Source: a virus
Virus record (IMG/VR): IMGVR_UViG_3300042876_000891
Coordinates: 1-37,277 of that record
DNA: 37,277 bases
Strand: one strand, 5' to 3'
In this document: piece by piece, positions 16,729 to 23,908 of the stretch
Position numbering within the stretch: position 1 is the first letter of the stretch
Layout of the letters: every line of letters begins with the position of its first letter
Notes under the pieces: model-generated
Told to the model about the DNA's origin: nothing
Databases searched by the model: none
What the model saw: only the letters and a program-made list of their open reading frames with translations
Made by a program: the position numbers and the translations under genes

Positions 16729-17126
16729 CTGCGAGGCATCCTCCGCTGACCCGGGGAAAAGTCGCCCCGGTCGGCGCGGGCGCGGACGCGAGCGTAGGCG
16801 TCCACGGCGGCGTAGAACTCGCGCTGCGCCTGGCGGTACTGGCCGTCGTTCTCGGTGTCGGCTTCGGCGTAGCCGTGACCGAGGTCCTCGATCTCGGCCA
16901 TGAAGCCGGACTTCGCGTCGGCGAGTCGCAGGAGCGCGGCCTCGAGGTTGTCGCGGGCGAGCTCGAGCCGTTCCTTCCGGCTCTTCGGCTGGAGCGGAGT
17001 CAGGGGCTTCCCGCGCTGGAGTTGCTTCCGGTGTCCCGCGCAGAGGCCGGCCTGCTCCTCGTCGTTCGGGCAGCCGTCGAACGTGCACCGATCCGCCACC
17101 GTCGCTCCCCCTCCGTTGGTCTTCAC
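16725..17126 (-). CDS. Zinc-finger protein (133 aa)
   Basis: GTG at 17126 overlaps the upstream TGA. The cysteine/histidine cluster is C-x4-C-x9-C-x2-H (CTFDGCPNDEEQAGLCAGH), followed by a helical region. Confidence 0.5.
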   Translation of the reverse strand: MKTNGGGATVADRCTFDGCPNDEEQAGLCAGHRKQLQRGKPLTPLQPKSRKERLELARDNLEAALLRLADAKSGFMAEIEDLGHGYAEADTENDGQYRQAQREFYAAVDAYARVRARADRGDFSPGQRRMPRR

Positions 17127-17470
17127 GACACGTCCTCCTCGCGCAGGCGCCACTCGCGGATGGTCTTCGTGGGTGGTCTCCAGCCGTGGACCAGGAGCCG
17201 GATGCCGGCCTCGCGCAGGAGCGGCACGAAGGCGTTCGCGGCGATCTTGTCCAGGCGGGCGTTGATGTTCGACGCGGAGGTCGTCTGGACCAGGACGAGC
17301 TGGCCGCGGGTCTCCGGCGTCTTGCCGACGGCGAAGACGTCCCACGCGTTGAAGAGGTCGCGCTTGAACACGAGGGGGCCGGCGCGGACGGTCTGCTCGA
17401 CGACCCACGGCTCGTAGCCGCGTTCGCGCAGGAGCTCGAGGGAGCGACTGGTCGGGGACTGCTTGGCCAT
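17123..17470 (-). CDS. Putative PD-(D/E)xK-fold nuclease / Holliday-junction-resolvase-like protein (115 aa)
   Basis: The ATG shares one base with the dnaB stop. The DLFNAWDVFAV...LVLVQTTS arrangement resembles the D...(E/Q)xK core of small resolvases. The call is weak. Confidence 0.35.
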   Translation of the reverse strand: MAKQSPTSRSLELLRERGYEPWVVEQTVRAGPLVFKRDLFNAWDVFAVGKTPETRGQLVLVQTTSASNINARLDKIAANAFVPLLREAGIRLLVHGWRPPTKTIREWRLREEDVS

Positions 17471-18918
17471 CAGTCGATCTCCTCGAAGCGGGAGTACTTC
17501 CGGTCGGCGTAGAGTTTCACGACGCCCTTCGGCCCGAGGCGCTGCGCCGCGATGATGAAGTTGAAGGGGCCGTGCTCGCGCTTCTCCGGGTTGAGCGCGA
17601 GGTCGAACGGGTGGTGGATGAAGCAGACGGCGTTCGCGTCCTGCTCGAGGGCGCCCGACTCGCGGAGGTCGTGCAGCTGCGGAGGCGGCATCGGCTCGTC
17701 TTCGGGGGGCGTCTCGGGCTCGGGCGGCGGCGGTGGCGTGACGCCTGGGAGGGCCATCGGGTCGGCCTTCGGCTTCGCCTTCTTGCGGGCCGGGCGCCAC
17801 GGTTTCTCTCCGCGCTTCGCCGACTCGCGGTTGAGCTGAGCCAGGGCGAGGACGGGGACGCCGGTGCGCTGCGCGAAGGACTTCAGCGCGCGGGAGATCG
17901 TGGCGACGACCTGCTCGCGGGTGGCGTTCTTCCCGAGCTCGAGCTGGACGAGCTGGATGTAGTCGACGACGACGAGCGAGAGGCCGTGCTTGCGGTGGAG
18001 CTTCTCGGAGATGCGGAGGATCGCGCCGAGGCCGTGGTGGTAGTGGTTCGCGTGCAGGTAGCCGTGGGTGCCCTCGGGAACGCGGCGAGAGACGGCGTGC
18101 TGGATGCCCTCCCAGTGCTCCGGGGTCCAGTTGTTCACGTCGTCGAAGAACTCGGTCGAGTCGATGCTGAGTTCGCGCGAGAGGTCCAAGGCGACGACCT
18201 CGGGGACGGACATCTCGAGCGAGTGGAAGGCGACGTGCTTGCGCTGGAGCGCGACGGTGTCGGCGAGCTGGCGGGCGAAGGTGGTCTTCCCGACCTTCGA
18301 GCGCGCGCCGACGATGACCAGGTTGCCCGGCCGGATCCGCAGGATGCGGTCGATGCGGTCGAAGCCGGTCGTGAGGCGCTTCGAGTTGCCCTGCTTGATC
18401 GCCTCGACGGCGTCGATGGTCTGGAGCGCGGCCTCTTCGTACGAGACGACCTCGGGCTGATCGGGGTGGTCGATGTCGAGCAGCGTCGCGGTGACGCCGG
18501 CGACGATGTCGTCGGTCGCGGCGCCTCCGTCTAGGGCTTCGACGGCGCGGGTGAGCATGGCGCGCGTCTTCGCGCGGCGGTGGCGATCGAGCAGCGCCTG
18601 GGCGTGGTCGCGGACCGTGGACCCGCGGGTGGCCAGGTCGTCGACCGAGTGCTCGGCCGTGAGGAGCACCTGCCGGGCGTCGTCCGAGAGACCGGTGTCG
18701 GCTATGAGTTGGGCGTGGTCGATCGGGCCGGCGGGGAGCTTCTTCGTGCGCGAGAGCCGCTCGATGCCGGTGAGCGCGGCGCGCAGGGTGCCGTGCTGCA
18801 GGATCGAGCTCGAGAAGCCGGCGGGGAGGTCGTAGAGCGCGTCGGAGCGCGCGAGGACGGCGCCGACGACGCGCATCTCGAGCTCGAACGCGGTGACCTC
18901 GACGTTCGTGAGCCTCAT
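17470..18918 (-). CDS. dnaB: DnaB-like replicative helicase (482 aa) with a Pro/Lys-rich insertion
   Basis: Walker A VGARSKVGKTTF, Walker B LVVVDYIQL, and LAQLNRE...DLRESGALEQDANAV are all typical DnaB C-terminal domain motifs. Confidence 0.8.
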   Translation of the reverse strand: MRLTNVEVTAFELEMRVVGAVLARSDALYDLPAGFSSSILQHGTLRAALTGIERLSRTKKLPAGPIDHAQLIADTGLSDDARQVLLTAEHSVDDLATRGSTVRDHAQALLDRHRRAKTRAMLTRAVEALDGGAATDDIVAGVTATLLDIDHPDQPEVVSYEEAALQTIDAVEAIKQGNSKRLTTGFDRIDRILRIRPGNLVIVGARSKVGKTTFARQLADTVALQRKHVAFHSLEMSVPEVVALDLSRELSIDSTEFFDDVNNWTPEHWEGIQHAVSRRVPEGTHGYLHANHYHHGLGAILRISEKLHRKHGLSLVVVDYIQLVQLELGKNATREQVVATISRALKSFAQRTGVPVLALAQLNRESAKRGEKPWRPARKKAKPKADPMALPGVTPPPPPEPETPPEDEPMPPPQLHDLRESGALEQDANAVCFIHHPFDLALNPEKREHGPFNFIIAAQRLGPKGVVKLYADRKYSRFEEID

Positions 18919-19826
18919 GCGTGGCCGCCCTTCTTCGCGAGCTCGGCCTTCTCCTCGGGCGTGAGCGGCGGCTTGTAGACCGGGCGCTTCAGGCCGGTGG
19001 CCTGCTCCCAGGTCTTGCCGTCGGTGCGCTCGAGGAAGGCCTGCTGGTCGACCCAGGCGGCGGGGTCGTTGAAGTCGGGATCGCCGAGCTTCGGGTTCTC
19101 GCCGGCGTCGCGGTGCGGACGAGCGGGCTCGAGCTCGTCGATGAACGTCGCGACGTAGTCGAGGGTCTTCGGCGTGGTGCCGCTGTCGCGACAGCGATCG
19201 GCGCAGAGGGCAGCGGCGGCCTCGGGACCTCCGAGGCGCTCGACGTGTTCGCGCAGCTCGGCCGCGAGCTCGGGCTTCGCGAGCCGGAGGGGGTTCATGC
19301 CGACGATCGCGAGCTGGTCGGCGAGGGCTCGGCGGAAGGTGCCGAGCGGATCCCCTGCGTGCTCAAGAGATCTTGATCCTTGTGGATGTGGATGTGGATG
19401 TGGATCGCTTGGCGAGGCTTCCCTTTCGCTTGAGCCTCGCTTAAGCCCTGCTTTAGCCCTGCTTCCGTCCGTAGGTTCCCGGTTTCTGGGGGCTTTCCCG
19501 CCCTTGGCACCGGCGGCGGCAAGTCGCTGTCTCAATTCCTGGGCCCTGCTGCGCTCGGTCTCCATCCGCCTCGACACGAGACGCTCCGCGTCATCGGCGG
19601 CGACGAAGCGGTCTCCGATGGCCGCCCAGACGCGCTTCATCGCCTCCTCGTCGAGGTGAAGCATGCGGCGGATCGCCTCTGTCGAGGACGGGATCGATCC
19701 CTCGCGCCAGCACATCAGCAGGAGGTGGAACCAGGCGCCCTTCTCCTCGCACGTCCAGCCCTGGAAGCGCTCGTCGGAGAGCGTCTCCTGCGCGTAGATC
19801 GGGAACCACGGGAGTTCGCCGGCCAT
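18915..19826 (-). CDS. Replication initiation / helicase-loading protein with a DUF1376 (YdaU)-like N-terminal domain (303 aa)
   Basis: WFPIYAQETLSDERFQGWTCEEKGAWFHLLLMCWREGSIP matches the DUF1376 pattern. The stop overlaps the dnaB start (ATGA). The protein contains a (His-Pro)n linker. Confidence 0.55.
   Translation of the reverse strand: MAGELPWFPIYAQETLSDERFQGWTCEEKGAWFHLLLMCWREGSIPSSTEAIRRMLHLDEEAMKRVWAAIGDRFVAADDAERLVSRRMETERSRAQELRQRLAAAGAKGGKAPRNREPTDGSRAKAGLKRGSSEREASPSDPHPHPHPQGSRSLEHAGDPLGTFRRALADQLAIVGMNPLRLAKPELAAELREHVERLGGPEAAAALCADRCRDSGTTPKTLDYVATFIDELEPARPHRDAGENPKLGDPDFNDPAAWVDQQAFLERTDGKTWEQATGLKRPVYKPPLTPEEKAELAKKGGHA
19382..19405. repeat. Hexanucleotide repeat (GTGGAT)x4 encoding PHPHPHPH in the replication protein
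   Basis: Four exact tandem copies are visible in the sequence. Confidence 0.9.
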
Positions 19827-20108
19827 CTACTCCTCCTCTTGCGGATTGCGTGGCCGCCCGCGGTGGCGGTCTGCTTGGGCGTACCGGAGCGCCGCCTTCC
19901 GGAGTCGATCCCAGGTCACGGGGAGATCGTCGGCGGAGACCTCCACGGCGGCCGCGTACTCGAGCGCAGCCACGCGCAGGTTCCAGGCGGGATGAGCGAC
20001 GCGACCGCCGGTGCGGCGGTCCACAAAGCAGGCCCCCGAGGTGTCGATCCTCGCGTGCGCGGGTTTGGAGTCCGCGCTGCTCGCCGGAGCGGGGCCCGGG
20101 TTCTTCAC
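19827..20108 (-). CDS. Hypothetical protein (93 aa)
   Basis: GTG at 20108 overlaps the upstream TGA (GTGA). The central region reads plausibly. Confidence 0.5.
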   Translation of the reverse strand: MKNPGPAPASSADSKPAHARIDTSGACFVDRRTGGRVAHPAWNLRVAALEYAAAVEVSADDLPVTWDRLRKAALRYAQADRHRGRPRNPQEEE

Positions 20109-20332
20109 TGGATGACGTCCTCACAGCCGTAGCCGTCGCCGTAGCCGGAGCCGTCGCCGTAGCCGTCGCCGTAGCCGTAGCCGTAGCCGTAGCCGTCGCC
20201 GTAGCCGTCGCCGTCGCCGTCGCCGTAGCCGGAGCCGTCGCCGTAGCCGTAGCCGTAGCCGTAGCCGTAGCCGGAGCCGTCGCCGTAGCCGGAGCCGATC
20301 GACGGCGTGCCGCGCAGGATCACCGCGTCCAC
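20105..20332 (-). CDS. Gly-Tyr/Asp/Ser alternating-repeat peptide (75 aa, or 72 aa from the alternative GTG at 20323)
   Basis: GGGAGAAGG lies 4 nt upstream of the GTG at 20332. The second GTG, at 20323, overlaps the upstream TGA. Text: ...ILRGTPSIGSGYGDGSGYGYGYGYGYGDGSGYGDGDGDGYGDGYGYGYGYGDGYGDGSGYGDGYGCEDVIQ. The stop is coupled to the next gene. Confidence 0.6.
   Translation of the reverse strand: MDAVILRGTPSIGSGYGDGSGYGYGYGYGYGDGSGYGDGDGDGYGDGYGYGYGYGDGYGDGSGYGDGYGCEDVIQ
20126..20296. repeat. Hexanucleotide microsatellite, about 28 tandem units of GCCGTA / GCCGTC / GCCGGA
   Basis: Uninterrupted 6-nt periodicity over about 171 nt, in frame with the minus-strand ORF. Confidence 0.95.
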
Positions 20333-20625
20333 GGCGCCTTCTCCCAGGCCTCGGCGGCCGCCGGCGTGACCTCGGCGACGCAGGTGATCGCGCGGAGCTG
20401 GATGTCGGCGGGCGGGCCGATCCTGCACGAAGCGTTCGGGCCGGTGGACGCGAGGCCGAGGAAGCCCTTCACGTCGGCGGACCAGTAGACGCAGTTGCGC
20501 GCGCGCTTCAGCGCGATCGTCTCGCCGTCCGTCTCGGTCGCGTACCCGAAGAAGACGCCGCGGTGGACGGTGGTGACCAGGACAGCGCGCTCGGTCGGGG
20601 TGCTCTTCGTGGACTTCTTCGCCAT
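20320..20625 (-). CDS. Hypothetical protein (101 aa)
   Basis: The ATG at 20625 is preceded by GAAGGAG. The text is plausibly globular (MAKKSTKSTPTERAVLVTTVHRGVFFGYATETDGETIALKRARNCVYW...). Confidence 0.6.
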   Translation of the reverse strand: MAKKSTKSTPTERAVLVTTVHRGVFFGYATETDGETIALKRARNCVYWSADVKGFLGLASTGPNASCRIGPPADIQLRAITCVAEVTPAAAEAWEKAPWTR

Positions 20626-20690
20626 GGCGTTGCTCCTTCGATGTGCCGGACTCGCCGGCGGTTGATCGGCGCGACGTGCGCCGAAGGGGG

Positions 20691-21092
20691 CTACGTCTCC
20701 TCGCCGTAGGCGCGCCGGAGGATCGCGTCGCCTGCCGCGCCGGACGCCCGGAGCTCGCGCTCGAGCAACTCGAGGCGCTCCTCGGGGGAGAGCTTCCGCG
20801 CCGGGACGATCGCCTGCTCTCGGAGCGCGGCGAGGTGGCGCAGGATGCGGTGCTCCCGGTCCACCTCGAGCACGGCCGGGAGCCACTCGACCGAGAAGTT
20901 CTTCCCTGAGGAGTGGAGCGCGGCGGAGAGGTGGGAGGGGGCGACGCCGAGGTCGGAGGCCAGGCCGTCGGCCTGCTTCACCTCGGCCTTCACGACCTCG
21001 CGGATCACGGCGAGCAGCTGCTGGCCGGCGCGCCGGTAGACCTGGCGGTGCTCGAAGGCCAACGGCAGGACCTGCTGTTTCGACGGTGCCAT
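20691..21092 (-). CDS. Putative DNA-binding regulator (133 aa)
   Basis: The ATG at 21092 is preceded by AGGAGGGG. It has an HTH-like segment (QADGLASDLGVAPSHLSAALHSSGKN). It is the second gene of the leftward operon. Confidence 0.45.
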   Translation of the reverse strand: MAPSKQQVLPLAFEHRQVYRRAGQQLLAVIREVVKAEVKQADGLASDLGVAPSHLSAALHSSGKNFSVEWLPAVLEVDREHRILRHLAALREQAIVPARKLSPEERLELLERELRASGAAGDAILRRAYGEET

Positions 21093-21191
21093 CTACCCCT
21101 CCTGCGTGAAGCTCAGCGACCGCAATTCACTCTGGTTGACCGTGGGCTTCGGTGCAGGCTCCTGGGCAGGAGGTGCACCATGCAGCGGTGC

Positions 21192-21425
21192 TCACGGGGT
21201 CAGAAGGTCAGCGGGACGGCGGCGCAGCGCCTTCGCCAGGCGCTCGATGCGGGCGAGGCCGACGCCCCGCTCCCCGCCCTGCGCGTTCTCGATGCGCGAG
21301 ACGTCGGCGGCGGTGAGGGCCGCGGCGCCCGCGAGCTCCTCCTGGCTGAGCTCGAGCTCCTCGCGGGCCTTCCGGACGTTCTTGGCCAGGACCTCGGCAG
21401 CGGAGAGGGTCTTCGGGGTCTTCAT
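21192..21425 (-). CDS. XRE-family HTH transcriptional regulator (Cro/CI-type, 77 aa)
   Basis: MKTPKTLSAAEVLAKNVRKAREELELSQEELAGAAALTAADVSRIENAQ fits the HTH_XRE pattern. It is the first gene of the leftward arm and abuts the operator repeats. Confidence 0.8.
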   Translation of the reverse strand: MKTPKTLSAAEVLAKNVRKAREELELSQEELAGAAALTAADVSRIENAQGGERGVGLARIERLAKALRRRPADLLTP

Positions 21426-21426
21426 G

Positions 21427-21442
21427 TTGTCGTGGATAGCAA
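21427..21442. promoter_or_regulatory. Operator-like site O1, TTGTCGTGGATAGCAA (imperfect palindrome)
   Basis: It shares TTGTCGT..AT..CAA with three other sites. It starts 2 nt from the XRE gene start codon. Confidence 0.6.
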
Positions 21443-21451
21443 CTCCTACCG

Positions 21452-21467
21452 TTGTCGTCAATGACAA
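21452..21467. promoter_or_regulatory. Operator-like site O2, TTGTCGTCAATGACAA (TTGTC-N6-GACAA inverted repeat)
   Basis: Perfect 5-bp arms. It lies 25 bp from O1 in the divergent intergenic region. Confidence 0.65.
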
Positions 21468-21514
21468 GCCGGGGGCCCACATCCAACTACCCGGAATCGC
21501 TAGACTCCGACCAC

Positions 21515-21790
21515 ATGTCGCGAGAGCTCGCACAGCCCCCACCGAAGAGCCGCTACTCCTACAAGTCGGCGACGCGCGAGATCGCGCGCGAGTTGAGTTC
21601 GAGGGAGGAGGCCGGGCTGCAGAAGCAGGTCGCGGGGTACTGCAACCTGACGGAGCCGCAGTTCTCCCACCGGATGAGGGGCGTCTACTCGTTCTTCAAG
21701 GTCGAGCACTTCGGCGCGATCGCCGACTTCCTCGAGATGCCGCCCGGGTGGCCCTTTGTGCCGGCGGAGCCGAAGGGACGGAGGAAGTGA
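21515..21790 (+). CDS. Small protein divergent from the XRE gene, a possible HTH regulator (91 aa)
   Basis: ATG at 21515. The segment REIARELSS...LQKQVAGYCNLTEPQFSHRMRG is HTH-like. It is the first gene of the rightward arm. Confidence 0.45.
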   Translation: MSRELAQPPPKSRYSYKSATREIARELSSREEAGLQKQVAGYCNLTEPQFSHRMRGVYSFFKVEHFGAIADFLEMPPGWPFVPAEPKGRRK

Positions 21791-22188
21791 TGGACCGCGC
21801 CGACATCGAGCAGCTCTTCGTCGGCGTGATGGTGGTGCTGCTCCTGGTCGGCGCCGTGGTGGCGTTGGCGCACTTGGTGACCAGGTCGCGTCACGAAGTG
21901 GAAGAGCCGCCGTTGCCAGTCGGCGAGGAAGACCGACGCGCCCTCGAGCTGCTCCTGGTGGAGTATCTGGCTGGCCAGTGGGGCGTGCCGAAGGACCGCG
22001 CTCCCCTTTTTGCTCTTCGACTCTGCCGAGAGGCGCATTCCGACGGGCCCGAGGGGGACCGCGCCCGAGAGCAGATAGCCGCTGGACTCGACGCCTTCTC
22101 CGCCTCTCCCGACCTCCTCGCGGGGTTCGATCGCTTTCTCCTGGAGAAGGACGAGGGGATCGGCGTCGATGTCCGACCGCCGCTGTAG
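21790..22188 (+). CDS. Membrane-anchored hypothetical protein (132 aa)
   Basis: The ATG shares one base with the upstream TGA. It has an N-terminal TM (LFVGVMVVLLLVGAVVALAHLV). Third-position GC is visibly lower in its second half. Confidence 0.55.
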   Translation: MDRADIEQLFVGVMVVLLLVGAVVALAHLVTRSRHEVEEPPLPVGEEDRRALELLLVEYLAGQWGVPKDRAPLFALRLCREAHSDGPEGDRAREQIAAGLDAFSASPDLLAGFDRFLLEKDEGIGVDVRPPL

Positions 22189-22197
22189 AAGCACCGG

Positions 22198-22434
22198 ATG
22201 CACTCTCTGGAGGGGTCCGCGGCCGCCGCTTCGGCGACGCCCCAATCCGCGGCCAGAGGCAGTGTCCTTCGCTGCATCGAACACCTGAGCCACGCGCTCG
22301 ACCTGGCACAGCTCGCCGTGCAGGGTCCCGAGCCCGAGATCGCAGCCCGCTACATCCTCGACACGCTCGACGATCTGCAGCCCGAGTTGAGCGCCCTCCG
22401 CCGCCTGCTGCCGGCGACCCCGGACAACCAGTAG
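22198..22434 (+). CDS. Hypothetical protein (78 aa)
   Basis: ATG start, good third-position GC, plausible helical text. Confidence 0.5.
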   Translation: MHSLEGSAAAASATPQSAARGSVLRCIEHLSHALDLAQLAVQGPEPEIAARYILDTLDDLQPELSALRRLLPATPDNQ

Positions 22435-22476
22435 TCCTCTTGCGGGCTTAGACCCACCCCCGAAACGCGCCGCGTC

Positions 22477-22492
22477 TTGCTATTGACGACAA
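22477..22492. promoter_or_regulatory. Operator-like site O3, TTGCTATTGACGACAA (reverse complement TTGTCGTCAATAGCAA)
   Basis: Same motif family as O1 and O2, in the intergenic region upstream of the 22555 gene. Confidence 0.6.
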
Positions 22493-22513
22493 GCGTTCAG
22501 GCTGCTATCCGTC

Positions 22514-22529
22514 TTGTCGTCGATGACAA
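22514..22529. promoter_or_regulatory. Operator-like site O4, TTGTCGTCGATGACAA (TTGTC-N6-GACAA inverted repeat)
   Basis: Perfect 5-bp arms. It lies 37 bp from O3 and 26 nt upstream of the ATG at 22555. Confidence 0.65.
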
Positions 22530-22554
22530 GCGCAGCACCAACGGGGAGGACGCA

Positions 22555-22809
22555 ATGACGACGACGGAGACGCAGCGGGGCAGCACCACGCAGGTTCTCT
22601 CGCAGGACCTGCAGCCCGGGGACGAGCTCATCGCCACCGCGCTCGGCGGCACCTGGGGCCGGCACCTCTCGCGGGTGAGCATCTACCCCGAGTGCGTCGA
22701 GGTGACGTGCGGCGCGCAGCCCACCGCGGTCCGCCTCCGGCTCCCCCACAACGAGATCTGCCAGGTGCGCCGCCGCGCCTGCGCCCTCGTTCCCAACCCC
22801 GCAGCGTGA
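22555..22809 (+). CDS. Hypothetical protein (84 aa)
   Basis: The ATG is preceded by GGGGAGGA with a 4-nt spacer. The text is plausible. Confidence 0.55.
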   Translation: MTTTETQRGSTTQVLSQDLQPGDELIATALGGTWGRHLSRVSIYPECVEVTCGAQPTAVRLRLPHNEICQVRRRACALVPNPAA

Positions 22810-22820
22810 AGGAGGTCCCC

Positions 22821-23897
22821 ATGTCCTCGCTCCCGATCCTCACCACCTCCCGCCAGAGCGCCGCTCGGCGCTGCCAGCGCGAGCACCACTACAGCTACCA
22901 GCTCGGCTACCGGCCCGCGGTTGACGCGGAGAACCTCCGCTTCGGCGCGCTCGTCCACCTCGGCCTCGAGGCCTGGTGGAAGACGGTCGGCGGGCTGCAG
23001 ACGCTCGCCGCCGGCACGGTCCCGCTGGACGCCGCGCTCGCCGCCATGGCCGGCGAGGCCGACCCGTTCGACCGCGTTCGCGCGGAGGCCCTGATGGTCG
23101 GCTACGACGCCCGGTGGCTCGAGCGGGCCGCGGACTTCGAGGTCCTCGCCGTCGAGGAGCGCTTCGAGGCGCCGCTCATCAACCCCGAGACCGGCGCCCC
23201 GAGCCGCACCTGGATCCTCGGCGGGAAGATCGACGCCATCGTCCGGGAGAAGTCCACCGGCCGCGTGCTCGTCGTCGAGCACAAGACCGCCTCGGCCGAC
23301 ATCACCCCAGGCTCCGACTACTGGAAGCGCCTCCGCATCGACGGCCAGGTCTCGACCTACTACGCCGGCGCGGCCGCCCTCGGCCACGACGTCGAGGGGT
23401 GCCTCTACGACGTCATCGCGAAGCCGCAGCAGCGGCCGAGCCAGATCCCGGTCCTCGACCAGGACGGCGTGAAGATCGTCCTCGATGCCGCCGGCGTCAG
23501 GGTCCGCACGAAGGACGGCAAGAAGTGGCGCGAGTCGGCGTCCTCGGCCGACGGCTTCGTCCTCCAGACCCGCCAGGAGACGCCGGAGGAGTACCGGGAT
23601 CGCCTGCTCGAGACGATCGCCGCCGACCCGGCCGGCTTCTTCCAGCGCGGCGACGTGGTCCGCCTCGAGTCGGAGCTCGCGGAGGCCGCCTTCGACGCCT
23701 GGCAGGTGGCGAAGCAGCTGCGCGAGGCCGAGCTCGCCGGTCGCTACCCGCGCAACCCGGACGCCTGCGTCCGGTACGGCAACACCTGCCCGTTCTTCGA
23801 CGTCTGCACGGGCACCGCCTCGCTCGAGGACCCCGAGCGCTTCCGTCGTTCCGATGACGTTCACCCCGAGCTCGCCGACCAGGCGAGCGCCGCCTGA
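22821..23897 (+). CDS. PD-(D/E)xK exonuclease, Cas4/RecB-like, with a Cys cluster (358 aa)
   Basis: The ATG is preceded by GAAGGAGG. Motifs are GGKIDAIV ... LVVEHKTAS (D...ExK) plus one N-terminal Cys (RRCQREHHY) and the C-terminal CVRYGNTCPFFDVC. That gives four Cys, as in Fe-S Cas4-type nucleases. Confidence 0.7.
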   Translation: MSSLPILTTSRQSAARRCQREHHYSYQLGYRPAVDAENLRFGALVHLGLEAWWKTVGGLQTLAAGTVPLDAALAAMAGEADPFDRVRAEALMVGYDARWLERAADFEVLAVEERFEAPLINPETGAPSRTWILGGKIDAIVREKSTGRVLVVEHKTASADITPGSDYWKRLRIDGQVSTYYAGAAALGHDVEGCLYDVIAKPQQRPSQIPVLDQDGVKIVLDAAGVRVRTKDGKKWRESASSADGFVLQTRQETPEEYRDRLLETIAADPAGFFQRGDVVRLESELAEAAFDAWQVAKQLREAELAGRYPRNPDACVRYGNTCPFFDVCTGTASLEDPERFRRSDDVHPELADQASAA

Positions 23898-23908
23898 AGG
23901 AGAAGACC

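Noticed and set aside
20126-20296. The tandem repeat as a CRISPR-like array, or as the plus-strand (Ala-Val)n ORF 19850..20488
   Set aside because: The unit is only 6 nt with no spacers, so it is not a CRISPR array. The plus-strand reading has no start context and runs antisense to a tightly coupled operon, whereas the minus-strand frame is coupled at both ends.
21093-21191. Small dyads (GGTGCACC, CTCCTGGGCAGGAG) between the XRE gene and the next gene as a terminator
   Set aside because: The stems are only 5-6 bp with minimal loops and no T-rich tail. The next gene has a strong SD, so read-through as one operon seems more likely.
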